Part shown: positions 25,277 through 35,560 of the stretch, piece by piece
How positions within the stretch are numbered: position 1 is the first letter of the stretch
How the letters are laid out: every line of letters begins with the position of its first letter
Source: a virus
Lineage: Duplodnaviria > Caudoviricetes
DNA length: 64,000 nucleotides
Virus record (IMG/VR): IMGVR_UViG_3300010051_000019
Location: 1,090 to 65,089 of that record
Direction: 5' to 3' (one strand)
The notes under the pieces: model-generated
What the model saw: only the letters and a program-made list of their open reading frames with translations
The model's database searches: none
Told to the model about the DNA's origin: nothing
Program-made: the position numbers and the translations under genes

Positions 25277-27172
25277 ATGAGCAAAAAATGTGGATCGTGT
25301 AATGATAATAGTGCGGTGATGGTAGAGACTGTTCCTACTATTTCAGCTAGTTGTTCACCTTGTGATCCTTGTGCTCCATCTAGTTCAGTGGTGTACAATC
25401 AATCATCTTGTCATCAATCAATGCCGATGCCTTCAGCAGGAAGTGCGCCTACTTGTGAAGCTCCTCCTCTATACGTAAAAACCGCATCTGATTTCACATA
25501 TCCTGATAAAGGTTTTGGAGCTACTGTAGCTATACTTAATGTTAAGTTAGCTGAAGGTCAGGCGATAACTCATCCTAAATACGGTACACTATATGTAGCT
25601 GCTGTTTTAGATGAATCTCTTGGTTACTATGAACTAGAGAATAGAGATATTACTGATGCTACTTTAATTGGTAGGCCAGTACCTTGTGATACTATTTTTA
25701 ATATTGGTGCTCCTGCTACTATAGCTACTTATGGTGGCGGTGGATGTAATCATCTAACAGTGGATTTCACTATCCCTGCTGTAAACACTTCTGCTCCAGC
25801 AAAAGTAGAGTCCCTTGCAGGACTCACTATTGGGGATTCAATAATTCTTCGTAGTAAATCTAATCCATCGTTAGCTTATACTTATGTATTAGCAGGTGTT
25901 CAGGGAACTGATACACTTATTCTACGTAACGACGGAGAAGGCGGTACTCCATATGATGCATTAGATGCAGGTTGTGACGATCAATTTTCTTGGTGTGTTG
26001 AATCTTTGTCAGATCAAAGTATATGTCAGCAGGCTGTAAATACAACTTGTATAGCTACTTTCATGGGGTGTGATGCTCAAGGTAATCTTAAAAAGATATC
26101 TGGTGGAGCTGAAAACCAGGCCCTCGTTTATGATGTTGGTTGTGGAGGTTATGTTAATAAAGTTATACCTGGTGCTACTGTTTGTGTTACTTTACAAACT
26201 TGCTTCCAGTTAGCTGTTCCAGAATCATGTATTCCGGGACCTGTATTTATTACTACTTCTGATGATGCTCTTCTTTTAGCAGAAGCTGCTGCATCAGTTC
26301 TTAGTGATAATGCTGATCCAATAGTGCATATCTGCGATAAGCCTTTCACAATTAACTTGGAGTTATCTGAACCTGGTTCTATACGATTAACCCCAGCTTA
26401 CATTCCTACTCAAACAGATTTTTTTGATGAGCAATGTTTAGTATGTGTACCTGAAGATTGTTGTTCTCAGTGTGCTCCTCAGATTAATTATCCTGATACA
26501 GATTATTTTCCTCCAGGAAGAGATATTGCTTCTAGCATAGCTATTCCTTCAGGACTGTTTACTGAGGTTGGGGAGTATAAATTATCTATAGTTAAAAGTG
26601 CAGATCTATCATCTAATATTTTATTGGTTCATGATGATGCATCTGATGCGATTATAGCAGCATACACAGATCAAGGTGTTTCAATCCCTGTACCAGCAGG
26701 AGCTGCTAATTTAGCGTATCATACTATTCAATACTGTCATGAGGATGCTTGTCCTGTAGATGCTCAGTACGATGAAGATGTTAATATGCAGCTTGGTATA
26801 CCAGTTAATTTTACTGCTCAGTATAACCATAATGCTCAGTATGCTGTTTATGATTGTGATAATATTGGTAATAGTCCCTTATCTACTACTCAGACTAGTA
26901 TGATTCATACTATGGTAGGGCCTACTGAAGGTAGCGCAATATCTGACGCTAGTGATCCTTGGGGCATACCATTACCAGTTGGTGTAGGGCATAACTACGA
27001 TCAGTTCACGGCTTATAATAGACGAACAGTAGCTCTATTTAAGTCAACTTGTTTGGTAGTTAAGGTAATCCCTAGACTGCTAATTAAGGTAAAAGTAGCA
27101 GCTCCAGACGCAGGATCATTCTACTATATAAACATAAATAGCACTGCTATGTTTAAGACCGCGAGGATTTAA
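25277..27172 (+). CDS. Cys-rich tail-module protein
   Basis: 631 aa, ~28 Cys by my count, first gene of the tail block after a ~85-nt gap. Confidence 0.7.
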   Translation: MSKKCGSCNDNSAVMVETVPTISASCSPCDPCAPSSSVVYNQSSCHQSMPMPSAGSAPTCEAPPLYVKTASDFTYPDKGFGATVAILNVKLAEGQAITHPKYGTLYVAAVLDESLGYYELENRDITDATLIGRPVPCDTIFNIGAPATIATYGGGGCNHLTVDFTIPAVNTSAPAKVESLAGLTIGDSIILRSKSNPSLAYTYVLAGVQGTDTLILRNDGEGGTPYDALDAGCDDQFSWCVESLSDQSICQQAVNTTCIATFMGCDAQGNLKKISGGAENQALVYDVGCGGYVNKVIPGATVCVTLQTCFQLAVPESCIPGPVFITTSDDALLLAEAAASVLSDNADPIVHICDKPFTINLELSEPGSIRLTPAYIPTQTDFFDEQCLVCVPEDCCSQCAPQINYPDTDYFPPGRDIASSIAIPSGLFTEVGEYKLSIVKSADLSSNILLVHDDASDAIIAAYTDQGVSIPVPAGAANLAYHTIQYCHEDACPVDAQYDEDVNMQLGIPVNFTAQYNHNAQYAVYDCDNIGNSPLSTTQTSMIHTMVGPTEGSAISDASDPWGIPLPVGVGHNYDQFTAYNRRTVALFKSTCLVVKVIPRLLIKVKVAAPDAGSFYYININSTAMFKTARI

Positions 27173-27173
27173 T

Positions 27174-28928
27174 GTGGCGGTTGAACCAAACAAAGTAGAT
27201 GGTATACAGTCATTTGTAGGGGGGATGAATCAAAGCCTCCCCTCTGCATTACTTAAAGAAGACGCTACGTATAAAAATATAAACGTAAGTCTACTTAATG
27301 GTAAAATAAGCCCTAGACCTAAACTAGTAGAAATAGAATTTAAACTACCTAATCCTAACGAAAGACCTGCTGTAGGATCTCTTACTTATAAAGAAAACCT
27401 TTATGCAGGGAGAATACAGCACTCCGGTAGATTCAAAACCAGTCTTGGGGAATACGTAATCACTGTAGTAAATGGTGTTATATATGCCCTTCGTCCTAAA
27501 ACTGGAGAAGCTTTTGCTTTAAAAAATCAAAGTGAACCTAAGTTTCTTAACTATAAGGCGGTTAGATTAGAAGGCTGTCAGGCGTATAATTATTACGTTA
27601 TATTTGATTGGCCTAACCAGGTAGTGATTATAGATAACCAGCTTAAAGTAAGAAGAGCTGTTATCCGTAATACAGAAGTTCCTAGAAGTTATTTAGGGGC
27701 TTTTGTTCATAATAGATTGTTTGTGGCTAATAAAGGAATTGAGTTTGGTGCAAGTGATCCAGTCCGTCCTGATGCTCCATTAGCTCCTTTAACTTTTCTT
27801 GATTCCATAGTTTCAGAATCTAATCCAAGCCCATTATTCCCAGAACAATTTTTTTCTCTTTCTTACATAGAAAGACTTTCTTCCATAACTGCTATGGGAC
27901 ATTTTGAAAGAACTGGAGGAGCTTCTTCTACTGGTTTTGGACCACTTTTTATAGCCACTAAAGAGGGTATATTTAGTTACAATGTTAATCAGCCTAGATC
28001 CCAATGGACTCAAAGTGTTTTCGGTACTGTATTAGTTAGTGGTATAGGTATAGTTGGACCAAGGTCTTTTTCAGTAGTTGGTGGAGATATTTGGTATAGA
28101 GGTCCTGATGGACATATTTATACAATATCAACTGTAGCAAGTGACCAGCAACGATGGGGAGTTTCTAATATCTCAAGAGAGATAGAGGAATCTCTAAAAA
28201 CTGTTAATAAACATCTTCTACAATACTCTTCCTTAACTTACCACGATAATAAGATCCTTTGTCATTTACAGCCGTATGCAGTTAAATCCAGTAACATAAT
28301 GGGAGCTGCTATAGATGATTATGTATTTAATGGGCTAGGAGTAGTACAGCTTAATTCTATTTCTGGTATTGGTGGAGGTGCAGCTCCTGTATGGTCATCA
28401 GTTTATAATGTAGTTAGTACAGATTTTGTTAAGATTGATGAGTCTTTGGTAATAGTAGGGAAGGCTAAACACAATGAAACATACAATGCTTTTTATGCTC
28501 TTGATGATGATGCTACTCACGATGTCATACGCGGCACTCCTGTTAAAATCAGGAGTCGCATCTATACTAGGGAATTAGATTTACAATCTCCTTTACAGGA
28601 TAAGAAGTTAACTTACCTGAAGCTCGATATCAGAAATATTGTAGGGGATCTTCATGTAGCTGTATATGCTAGGATGGGAGATGAGTGGGATAAGATTGGG
28701 GAGATGCTAGCTTCAGATGTATCCAATACAGATAACGAGTTTATCCCTTTAATAGACCCTAAAATCATTAAGTCTACTCAGCTTAGGATTGATCTGGAAG
28801 GCAGTAGATATGAATTTACTAGGGCGTTTTTAGTAGGGGAACTGTATACTGATCTACAACCAGAACATAATTTAGAAGTAGATACCCCATGTGAATCGCA
28901 TAACTGTTTAGGAGATTCAGAGCTATGA
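27174..28928 (+). CDS. Tail nozzle/stabilisation protein (tubular protein B-like)
   Basis: N-terminal SFVGGMN...L....Y..N..L..G..SPRP; beta-propeller-like body; position before ejection proteins. Confidence 0.65.
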   Translation: MAVEPNKVDGIQSFVGGMNQSLPSALLKEDATYKNINVSLLNGKISPRPKLVEIEFKLPNPNERPAVGSLTYKENLYAGRIQHSGRFKTSLGEYVITVVNGVIYALRPKTGEAFALKNQSEPKFLNYKAVRLEGCQAYNYYVIFDWPNQVVIIDNQLKVRRAVIRNTEVPRSYLGAFVHNRLFVANKGIEFGASDPVRPDAPLAPLTFLDSIVSESNPSPLFPEQFFSLSYIERLSSITAMGHFERTGGASSTGFGPLFIATKEGIFSYNVNQPRSQWTQSVFGTVLVSGIGIVGPRSFSVVGGDIWYRGPDGHIYTISTVASDQQRWGVSNISREIEESLKTVNKHLLQYSSLTYHDNKILCHLQPYAVKSSNIMGAAIDDYVFNGLGVVQLNSISGIGGGAAPVWSSVYNVVSTDFVKIDESLVIVGKAKHNETYNAFYALDDDATHDVIRGTPVKIRSRIYTRELDLQSPLQDKKLTYLKLDIRNIVGDLHVAVYARMGDEWDKIGEMLASDVSNTDNEFIPLIDPKIIKSTQLRIDLEGSRYEFTRAFLVGELYTDLQPEHNLEVDTPCESHNCLGDSEL

Positions 28929-29347
28929 GTAACGAAGTACAGGATTCCTTTATCCAACTTACATTTAAGGACCTAGATAAAACGGATTGCGACTATAAAA
29001 TCCTCCGTAAGTTTCTTGATAAAATACATGTTACATTACTAAACTCAGGTGTAGACGGGGTAGGGATTTTTAGAGAATCTTTTACTGATATCTACACGGG
29101 TGGGTACTACATTAAGGAATCTGGTTCAGGAGTTTTCCAAGGATTATTTAAGGTAGTCGAAGGAGTACCTGTAGCAATCAAGCCTTCTTTCCAGGGAGAG
29201 ATTACTTTGATTCGTGGATCTGGATCTACTGAACTAATCCCTCCTCCAGGATGGATAATTATAGCTGACAGCGACATACAAAGTAGGTATAATATAGGTA
29301 CTTCTCCTAACTGGAAGGTTGCAGCAATCGAATATATCGGAGTGTAA
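28925..29347 (+). CDS. Hypothetical tail-module protein
   Basis: 140 aa, ATGA overlap. Confidence 0.65.
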   Translation: MSNEVQDSFIQLTFKDLDKTDCDYKILRKFLDKIHVTLLNSGVDGVGIFRESFTDIYTGGYYIKESGSGVFQGLFKVVEGVPVAIKPSFQGEITLIRGSGSTELIPPPGWIIIADSDIQSRYNIGTSPNWKVAAIEYIGV

Positions 29348-29350
29348 ATT

Positions 29351-29572
29351 ATGGCTAACGGAATTTGTGACACTGGGAAAACTCGTTTGGATTATGCTAT
29401 CCAGACTCCTGGATGCGTACTTTCTCCATCAATGCAAGGTAATGGTAATGTAGAATCTACTGCTATTGGCTTTGTACGTAATGGTGCAAGTGTTCAAGGG
29501 CATCTACCTCAGTACCTACACAGAGACAAGTGTGCTCCTGTACCACTAAAGTCTGTCGAAGGACCTTGTTAG
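29351..29572 (+). CDS. Hypothetical small protein
   Basis: 73 aa, 4 Cys, tightly packed in operon. Confidence 0.6.
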   Translation: MANGICDTGKTRLDYAIQTPGCVLSPSMQGNGNVESTAIGFVRNGASVQGHLPQYLHRDKCAPVPLKSVEGPC

Positions 29573-29575
29573 TTT

Positions 29576-29746
29576 ATGGGGGATGAACAAAATCCATCCC
29601 CTGTTACTAAGGCTATAGCCGCGCAGAAAAAGCGTAGAGAAGAATTAATTCTTGAATACAAGAAAAAGCAAGCCTCTTTACAGGCTGCTGCTATTTCTGC
29701 GCCTAAGAAGTGCGGCACGTGTGGACAGAAGCGTAGGGTTAGGTAA
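29576..29746 (+). CDS. 56-aa basic protein with C-terminal KKCGTCG (not in ORF track)
   Basis: Hand translation MGDEQNPSPVTKAIAAQKKRREELILEYKKKQASLQAAAISAPKKCGTCGQKRRVR; fills the gap exactly, TAATG-coupled to next gene. Confidence 0.7.
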   Translation: MGDEQNPSPVTKAIAAQKKRREELILEYKKKQASLQAAAISAPKKCGTCGQKRRVR

Positions 29747-30732
29747 TGGAGAAAGCATTTCCTTTAGAGACTGTTATCAGATGGGCTTCTGAAATCACCG
29801 GAAAAGCCCAGAAAAGTGACAGGCTCAAATTAATAGACATCATCCGTGAGAGCTTAGAAACTCTACACAATGAAGAATCTTTAGAGAATCTAAGGAAGTG
29901 GTGTGTCTATTCTTGTGGATGCACTATTACCATGCCCAAGGAATTGGGAACTCCGTTTAAATACAAGATAGGAAGTTCTGTAGGTCCTGTTAGAAATATC
30001 CCGTATGAATTTTTGGGATACGTAAATGGCGATTCTATATCTAATGGGTTCAGAGACGACTTGGCTTATGCTGGCGAATCCCCTACCTTCTTTGATCTGC
30101 CTGTACAAGGCGGTAGAGTGGCTGCACGATCTTTAGAACGCTTTACTGGCGGTGCTCCTTATCTAATAGTCCAGGGAGATGATATTCACGGACGAGAAGT
30201 ATTTACTGTTAATGACGGTAAAACTGATGTAGGGGAGCGTGTATACATAAGTCCTGTAGATCAATCTCCAGCTTATAGTAAAACTATTTTTAGACGTATT
30301 CATTCGGTTAGATTAGTAAACTCTGAACTTAATGTGCAATTAGTTTGGTGCAATGCTAATAACTACGGAGAGACTCCGTATGAACTAGGACTGCTTTCTT
30401 ACTATGATCCTGGAGAAGAGCTTCCTACTTTCAAAAGATATTCTCTTCCAATCTCTACTACTGATTGCTTGACTGTAGAAGTTCTTGGTCACTTGAGACA
30501 GCCTGAGCTACGGTACGATAATGAACTTATCAGGGGCTTTGATTCTGGAGCCATTAAAAATATGATTAGAGCAAATTTCTATAAAGACAAGAACGATATA
30601 AACGGCGCTCAATTTAATGCATCGTTAGCTGTAGGCTCAATCAGAAAGAAGAATGAAAAGCATAGTCCTAACGCGGATATGATTTCAGTAGACTTAGCAA
30701 CGTGTGCTAAATCATTCCCAGAGGTTTATTAA
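29746..30732 (+). CDS. Putative head-tail adaptor / tail tubular protein A-like
   Basis: 328 aa, position between nozzle and internal virion genes. Confidence 0.55.
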   Translation: MEKAFPLETVIRWASEITGKAQKSDRLKLIDIIRESLETLHNEESLENLRKWCVYSCGCTITMPKELGTPFKYKIGSSVGPVRNIPYEFLGYVNGDSISNGFRDDLAYAGESPTFFDLPVQGGRVAARSLERFTGGAPYLIVQGDDIHGREVFTVNDGKTDVGERVYISPVDQSPAYSKTIFRRIHSVRLVNSELNVQLVWCNANNYGETPYELGLLSYYDPGEELPTFKRYSLPISTTDCLTVEVLGHLRQPELRYDNELIRGFDSGAIKNMIRANFYKDKNDINGAQFNASLAVGSIRKKNEKHSPNADMISVDLATCAKSFPEVY

Positions 30733-30734
30733 AG

Positions 30735-33700
30735 ATGAGTAATCAATTTGTATATAAACCAGTTAGAGATAATGGCGGTGGGTTAGTAGTAGTATTACCT
30801 TCTATATACACAGGAAGAATACAAACAGTTCAGCTAGTGGATAGAAGCGGTAATGTAGTTGAGCAAGGTAGATTTAGAAGTGTAGCTAATGGTAACAGAA
30901 GTAACTGGGATTTCAGGCAGCGTGGGCAAGCCTATGCCGGAATGACTGTTAGAGTAGTAGATGATTCTGGTAGAGTAGTACTTAATGTACCTACTGGTAG
31001 TGGAAATAGGCAAACTTTTAACGTAGGATCTGATGGATCTTCTCCTTACACTCCATCAGGGAGTGCTGCTAATTATCAAGGATCTACATCTGGAGGAGAA
31101 GGTGGGGGTGGATCAGAGATAAGCGGATCAGCTTCTGGCTCTTACGGTGGAGGGCAATACGTCCAGGGAGCTGGTGGTACTGGTGTATATACCCCTAACT
31201 TCATTCAATACGATCCAGCTTCTTTGTATATTAATTACGACGAAGCAGAAAGACGGGCTGATGAACGATCTGATAAGAACGTAGATAGATTCGGTCAGAA
31301 CTTTCAGCTAGCCGAAAACTTTGCAGCTCAGACTATAGAAACAGAGCTAAAAGGCTTAGAGAAGTTTTTACCACGTTCTACTGATTTAATTAGGCAAGCA
31401 GATCAAACTGGGAATAGAGATGTCCTTCAGTATTCTGATATGTTCGATCAGCGTAATCAGCAAGCTACTTATGCTGCCTCAGATGCTAACGTAGCTAGAC
31501 GTGGTGACTTTGTAGAGGAATATGTTCCAGGAACTTTTAAGCTAGCTCAGGATATGGTTGAGCGGCTTAAAGGTGATATTAATACAGCTAGGGAAGACGA
31601 GAGACGTATTAGAGAACGAGAATCTAAAGATCTTCTTAGTGGTATTAGTCTAGATGTAGCTTCCAGAAGTGCTCGTAATACTGCTGCTGATACTAGTGCT
31701 GCTGGTGGATTCGGTGTTGATTCTGCCCAAACTAGGAACATGCTGGATCGTTTTGATTTTGATAGGCGTTTTGAACTTGAATCTGCTAATAGAGTAGATG
31801 CACGTCAAGGGGATCAAGCGATAGCTTTAGGTAGACAAGGTACTCAAACAAGTGAGCAAGCCTTGATGAGTGCTAATACCCAAGCGCAACAATCTTTTCA
31901 GGCATTAATAGCTCCAGGTATACTGGATTTTCAACCAATCCAAGCAGCTCCAAGAGTAACTGATATCGGTAGTCAGATTAGGCCTATGCCTACTAATGAC
32001 GCTGGATCAATTAGAGCTAACTTCACTAATCAATTAACCCCTCTTACTACTATAGCTCCATCACAAGCATTTTCTTCTAGCTTCGAGGAACAGAAGTACA
32101 ATAGAGAAAGAGACTATCAATGGCTTCAGTATCAGCAGCAACAAAATGATATTATGGCTGATGCTCTTAACGTGTCATCTAACTTGGTTGTATCTCAAGA
32201 TCAAAGAGCTGAAGGTCAAGCACTATTTCAACAAGCCTTAGATCAGAGAAGAGATAGTGAATTTAATACATCTGTAGCTACTCTTGTTACAGCAGCAGCT
32301 CCGTTTGTTATGTCAGCAGTAACTAATTGGGTGCAAGGCGGTAAACAACCTGGAGCAGGACAGCAGCAAGTTAATCAGACTGTAAGTCAGATGATTATGG
32401 AAGCTGGTAAAGAAGGCTACAATGATTTATCTGCTTGGTTCCAGCAAACTTTTGGGATGGATATAGGTCAATTTGATACTACTGGCATAGGAGCTAGTGT
32501 TACAGGAGGAGCTTCTGGTACATCTCCTACAGGAGGAAATGGTACTACTGGTAACGATATTTGGGCTAATCCATCAAGACCTGGAAGCAACTCTAATGCT
32601 CCAGAATTATCTAATCCTTCTATTGGTGCAGGTAGTTTAAATAATCCTAATGATTTTAATTCTGGAGTAGGCGGTACATTTGGTTCAGGTAGTAGCGGAG
32701 GATCTTCTTTTGGGGATAAATCTACTACCAGAAACAAGATGTTTTATGACCCTAAAACAAAAGATGTACAGTATACAGATGACGAGAGAGGTATTAGTGC
32801 TACCGTTAAAGAAAATGGTAACGTAGATTTCTCTGTTGGGTCTAGTTCTAATATGACTACAGCAGAGCGTACTGGTTTAACTAATATAAATACACTTACA
32901 GCTCAGTGGGGGGATGCTAAGAATGATCCTACAAAAGCCCCATCAATGCAGCAGCAGCTACAAGCTTACGGACTAGATCCAAGAGTAGTAGCTGGTATGG
33001 TTAATCTATGGACTAATTGGGATAATATACCTGATTCAGACCGTGTATTTCAGACAGCTTCTGTCCTCAATAATATAGCAGATAACATGCAGTTATACGA
33101 AAACGCTGGTCCTATAGGAGGAGTAGTATCTTCATTAAGACAAGCTTCTGCGTTATATAATAATTGGGATACTATGTCAGATGGGGAAAGATCTCAGGCA
33201 GGTGTACAGATAGCTGGTACTTTAGGAACTGCCTACGCTAGTTATACAGGTGCTTTAGCAGGTGCAGGAACTAGTGCATTAGCATTAACTGGAGTAGGTG
33301 CATTAGTATCTTTTGGTATAATGTCCGTAGCTAGGGGTACCCGAGTAGCGATAGACGAAGGGTTAAGTAGTGCTTCAGCAATTTCGGCAGTAGGCGCTCC
33401 TACGGAATCTACTGCTTTTGCTTTGACTGATAATTGGGGTATTACTTCTGATATAAATAATAATGATAAAGATAATGCTGCACTAGCAGTATCTGGATTT
33501 TATAATGGTGGGGCAGGGTGGGTTGCTGCCGCTAGTAATATTCTAGGAGGCAGGACAGATTTCACTTCCGGTAAAAATAACGATCAAAAATACAGAGACT
33601 CGTTAAGAGATATTGGTGCTGATCCTAAGTACGGAGCTTTCCTTACTTATGAAGGTAATTCTCATAAATTACAATTAGCAGACGGGACTAAGTTTGATAT

Positions 33701-34076
33701 TGGTAAAGACGGTAACAATAAGCTACCTAATATCGGAACTAATATTGATGGTAATAAAGATCGTCATTATTTTGACATTGATTATAGTAATCCAATAATC
33801 AATGATGTGATTGGAATAGCTAACCCACTATCAGTGTTGTTATTTAGAAATGCTGGCGGTATGAAGATGGTGAGCCATTTAACTAATGCTCTTACAGCAA
33901 AAGACCCTACAAACTTAGGCAATGTAAAATCTAACGCAAAAGACTTAGCTCTTAAAGCAGGTATTGATTATAATACTGGAGTACAGTTATTTGGTGCAAT
34001 GAAGGAAAAGGGACAATTAGATCAAAATAAATATGACGCTTTCATGAATGGCTGGCGACAATTAATGTTAGGGTAA
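30735..34076 (+). CDS. Internal virion (ejection) protein with N-terminal domain shared with ORF 44404
   Basis: 1113 aa, Q/A/G-rich helical body with hydrophobic GA-rich segments typical of podovirus ejection proteins. Confidence 0.65.
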   Translation: MSNQFVYKPVRDNGGGLVVVLPSIYTGRIQTVQLVDRSGNVVEQGRFRSVANGNRSNWDFRQRGQAYAGMTVRVVDDSGRVVLNVPTGSGNRQTFNVGSDGSSPYTPSGSAANYQGSTSGGEGGGGSEISGSASGSYGGGQYVQGAGGTGVYTPNFIQYDPASLYINYDEAERRADERSDKNVDRFGQNFQLAENFAAQTIETELKGLEKFLPRSTDLIRQADQTGNRDVLQYSDMFDQRNQQATYAASDANVARRGDFVEEYVPGTFKLAQDMVERLKGDINTAREDERRIRERESKDLLSGISLDVASRSARNTAADTSAAGGFGVDSAQTRNMLDRFDFDRRFELESANRVDARQGDQAIALGRQGTQTSEQALMSANTQAQQSFQALIAPGILDFQPIQAAPRVTDIGSQIRPMPTNDAGSIRANFTNQLTPLTTIAPSQAFSSSFEEQKYNRERDYQWLQYQQQQNDIMADALNVSSNLVVSQDQRAEGQALFQQALDQRRDSEFNTSVATLVTAAAPFVMSAVTNWVQGGKQPGAGQQQVNQTVSQMIMEAGKEGYNDLSAWFQQTFGMDIGQFDTTGIGASVTGGASGTSPTGGNGTTGNDIWANPSRPGSNSNAPELSNPSIGAGSLNNPNDFNSGVGGTFGSGSSGGSSFGDKSTTRNKMFYDPKTKDVQYTDDERGISATVKENGNVDFSVGSSSNMTTAERTGLTNINTLTAQWGDAKNDPTKAPSMQQQLQAYGLDPRVVAGMVNLWTNWDNIPDSDRVFQTASVLNNIADNMQLYENAGPIGGVVSSLRQASALYNNWDTMSDGERSQAGVQIAGTLGTAYASYTGALAGAGTSALALTGVGALVSFGIMSVARGTRVAIDEGLSSASAISAVGAPTESTAFALTDNWGITSDINNNDKDNAALAVSGFYNGGAGWVAAASNILGGRTDFTSGKNNDQKYRDSLRDIGADPKYGAFLTYEGNSHKLQLADGTKFDIGKDGNNKLPNIGTNIDGNKDRHYFDIDYSNPIINDVIGIANPLSVLLFRNAGGMKMVSHLTNALTAKDPTNLGNVKSNAKDLALKAGIDYNTGVQLFGAMKEKGQLDQNKYDAFMNGWRQLMLG

Positions 34077-34077
34077 T

Positions 34078-35559
34078 ATGGCTTTATCGACTTTTAAACC
34101 ATCCAGAGAGTTATTCGATAACTTTGGAACTGAAGCGAGTATATTTAATCAAACTCTTGGCGATGCCAACCTAACTCCATTTGGGGATATAGTTGATGGT
34201 GTTAATCAAGGGCTACAATTAGCTAACAATATCCAAACTACTTGGGATAACATTGGTCCTGAAGGGGTAGAGCGTCGTAGAATAGCAATGGAAACTGCCA
34301 AAACTCAGGCAGAAATCCAGAAACATGCTTTATCTATTAAAGCTATGGAAGCTAAGCATAAAGCTATTTTAGATGAAGATTTACTTCTAGCAGAAAAGAC
34401 CAGGCTACAAAGTGAGACTTTAAAAGGGGAATTAACCTCCCAAAAAAGGAAAGTCTTATCTACTGCATATACCGGATTATCTCAGATATACGATCCCGAT
34501 TCTCTTCATGCTTTTTTATCAGACCCTCAATATTCTGTTCTTATCGGAGATCCTGAATTTGGTAAAATAATAAGTGCTAAAGCAGGTAGTATGATGGTTG
34601 GAGCTACCCCAGAACAGCAAGTTAAATTAATTCAATTAGAAGCTATGGGATCTGGTAGAGCTTTATCTCCTGTAGCATCTACTCAAGCGAGTTCTATGAT
34701 AGGTAGACCAACTGCTGCGGCTGGAGCAGCTAAGCCAGAAACTCGTGCTCAAGCCATTGCTCGTCAAGATAGGGAATCCGTAGTTGAAAACGCTTTACAA
34801 GGTGTGCAAAGTAAGATCCCGAAAGGAGCTAAAGTTACTTATGATGATATCAGTAATACAGTTATAGCAACTGATCCATTAAATCCTACATCAGCACCTA
34901 TAAAAATAAAACTAGATGAATACGAATTAACAGGTAGTTCTGCTGCTACGGCTGCTACAAATAATACAGTGCGTAGTAATGTCAGAGAGATGGTAAGGGA
35001 TATGCAATCTCGTCAAGGTGGTAGAGGACCTGTACAGGATAGACCTGATACTACTGAAAGTACTCAGGCTGCTATAGAATCATCAGCTAGACTAGGTGCA
35101 GGGGGGATATCCAATAGAGCTATTGGTGGAGGAACTATACTCAAAGGTAGATTAGGTATAGAGAGTGATGAGGAAGTAGATAGCGTATTAGGTAAAGCAG
35201 AGACTATAGCTAGACATGCCCCTAATTTTGGGCCTAAAGAAGAAGCTGCAATAGTAGCGGATCTCAAGAAGACTTTATCTAATACTAATGTTTCTGATAA
35301 TCCTGAAGTAATGGATGCATTGATTAACAATGTTGTAGAAGAAACTAGAAAGCTTAGAAAAGAATTTAAGCATAGAGAAAAGATGGCTAAAGAGAATAGA
35401 AAGTCTATACCTATAATGGGAGTTACTATAACCAGTAATAATCCTCCTATAACGCCACAACCTGTAGCTGGAGCAGCTCAAGAAATGGGAGTAACTAATC
35501 CAGCAGCTTCACCAATGCCTGGATCTGCTTTAGGAGGTCCGGGAGGATTTCTAAGATAA
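34078..35559 (+). CDS. Internal virion (ejection) protein
   Basis: 493 aa, helical, between two other large internal-virion-like genes. Confidence 0.6.
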   Translation: MALSTFKPSRELFDNFGTEASIFNQTLGDANLTPFGDIVDGVNQGLQLANNIQTTWDNIGPEGVERRRIAMETAKTQAEIQKHALSIKAMEAKHKAILDEDLLLAEKTRLQSETLKGELTSQKRKVLSTAYTGLSQIYDPDSLHAFLSDPQYSVLIGDPEFGKIISAKAGSMMVGATPEQQVKLIQLEAMGSGRALSPVASTQASSMIGRPTAAAGAAKPETRAQAIARQDRESVVENALQGVQSKIPKGAKVTYDDISNTVIATDPLNPTSAPIKIKLDEYELTGSSAATAATNNTVRSNVREMVRDMQSRQGGRGPVQDRPDTTESTQAAIESSARLGAGGISNRAIGGGTILKGRLGIESDEEVDSVLGKAETIARHAPNFGPKEEAAIVADLKKTLSNTNVSDNPEVMDALINNVVEETRKLRKEFKHREKMAKENRKSIPIMGVTITSNNPPITPQPVAGAAQEMGVTNPAASPMPGSALGGPGGFLR

Positions 35560-35560
35560 T

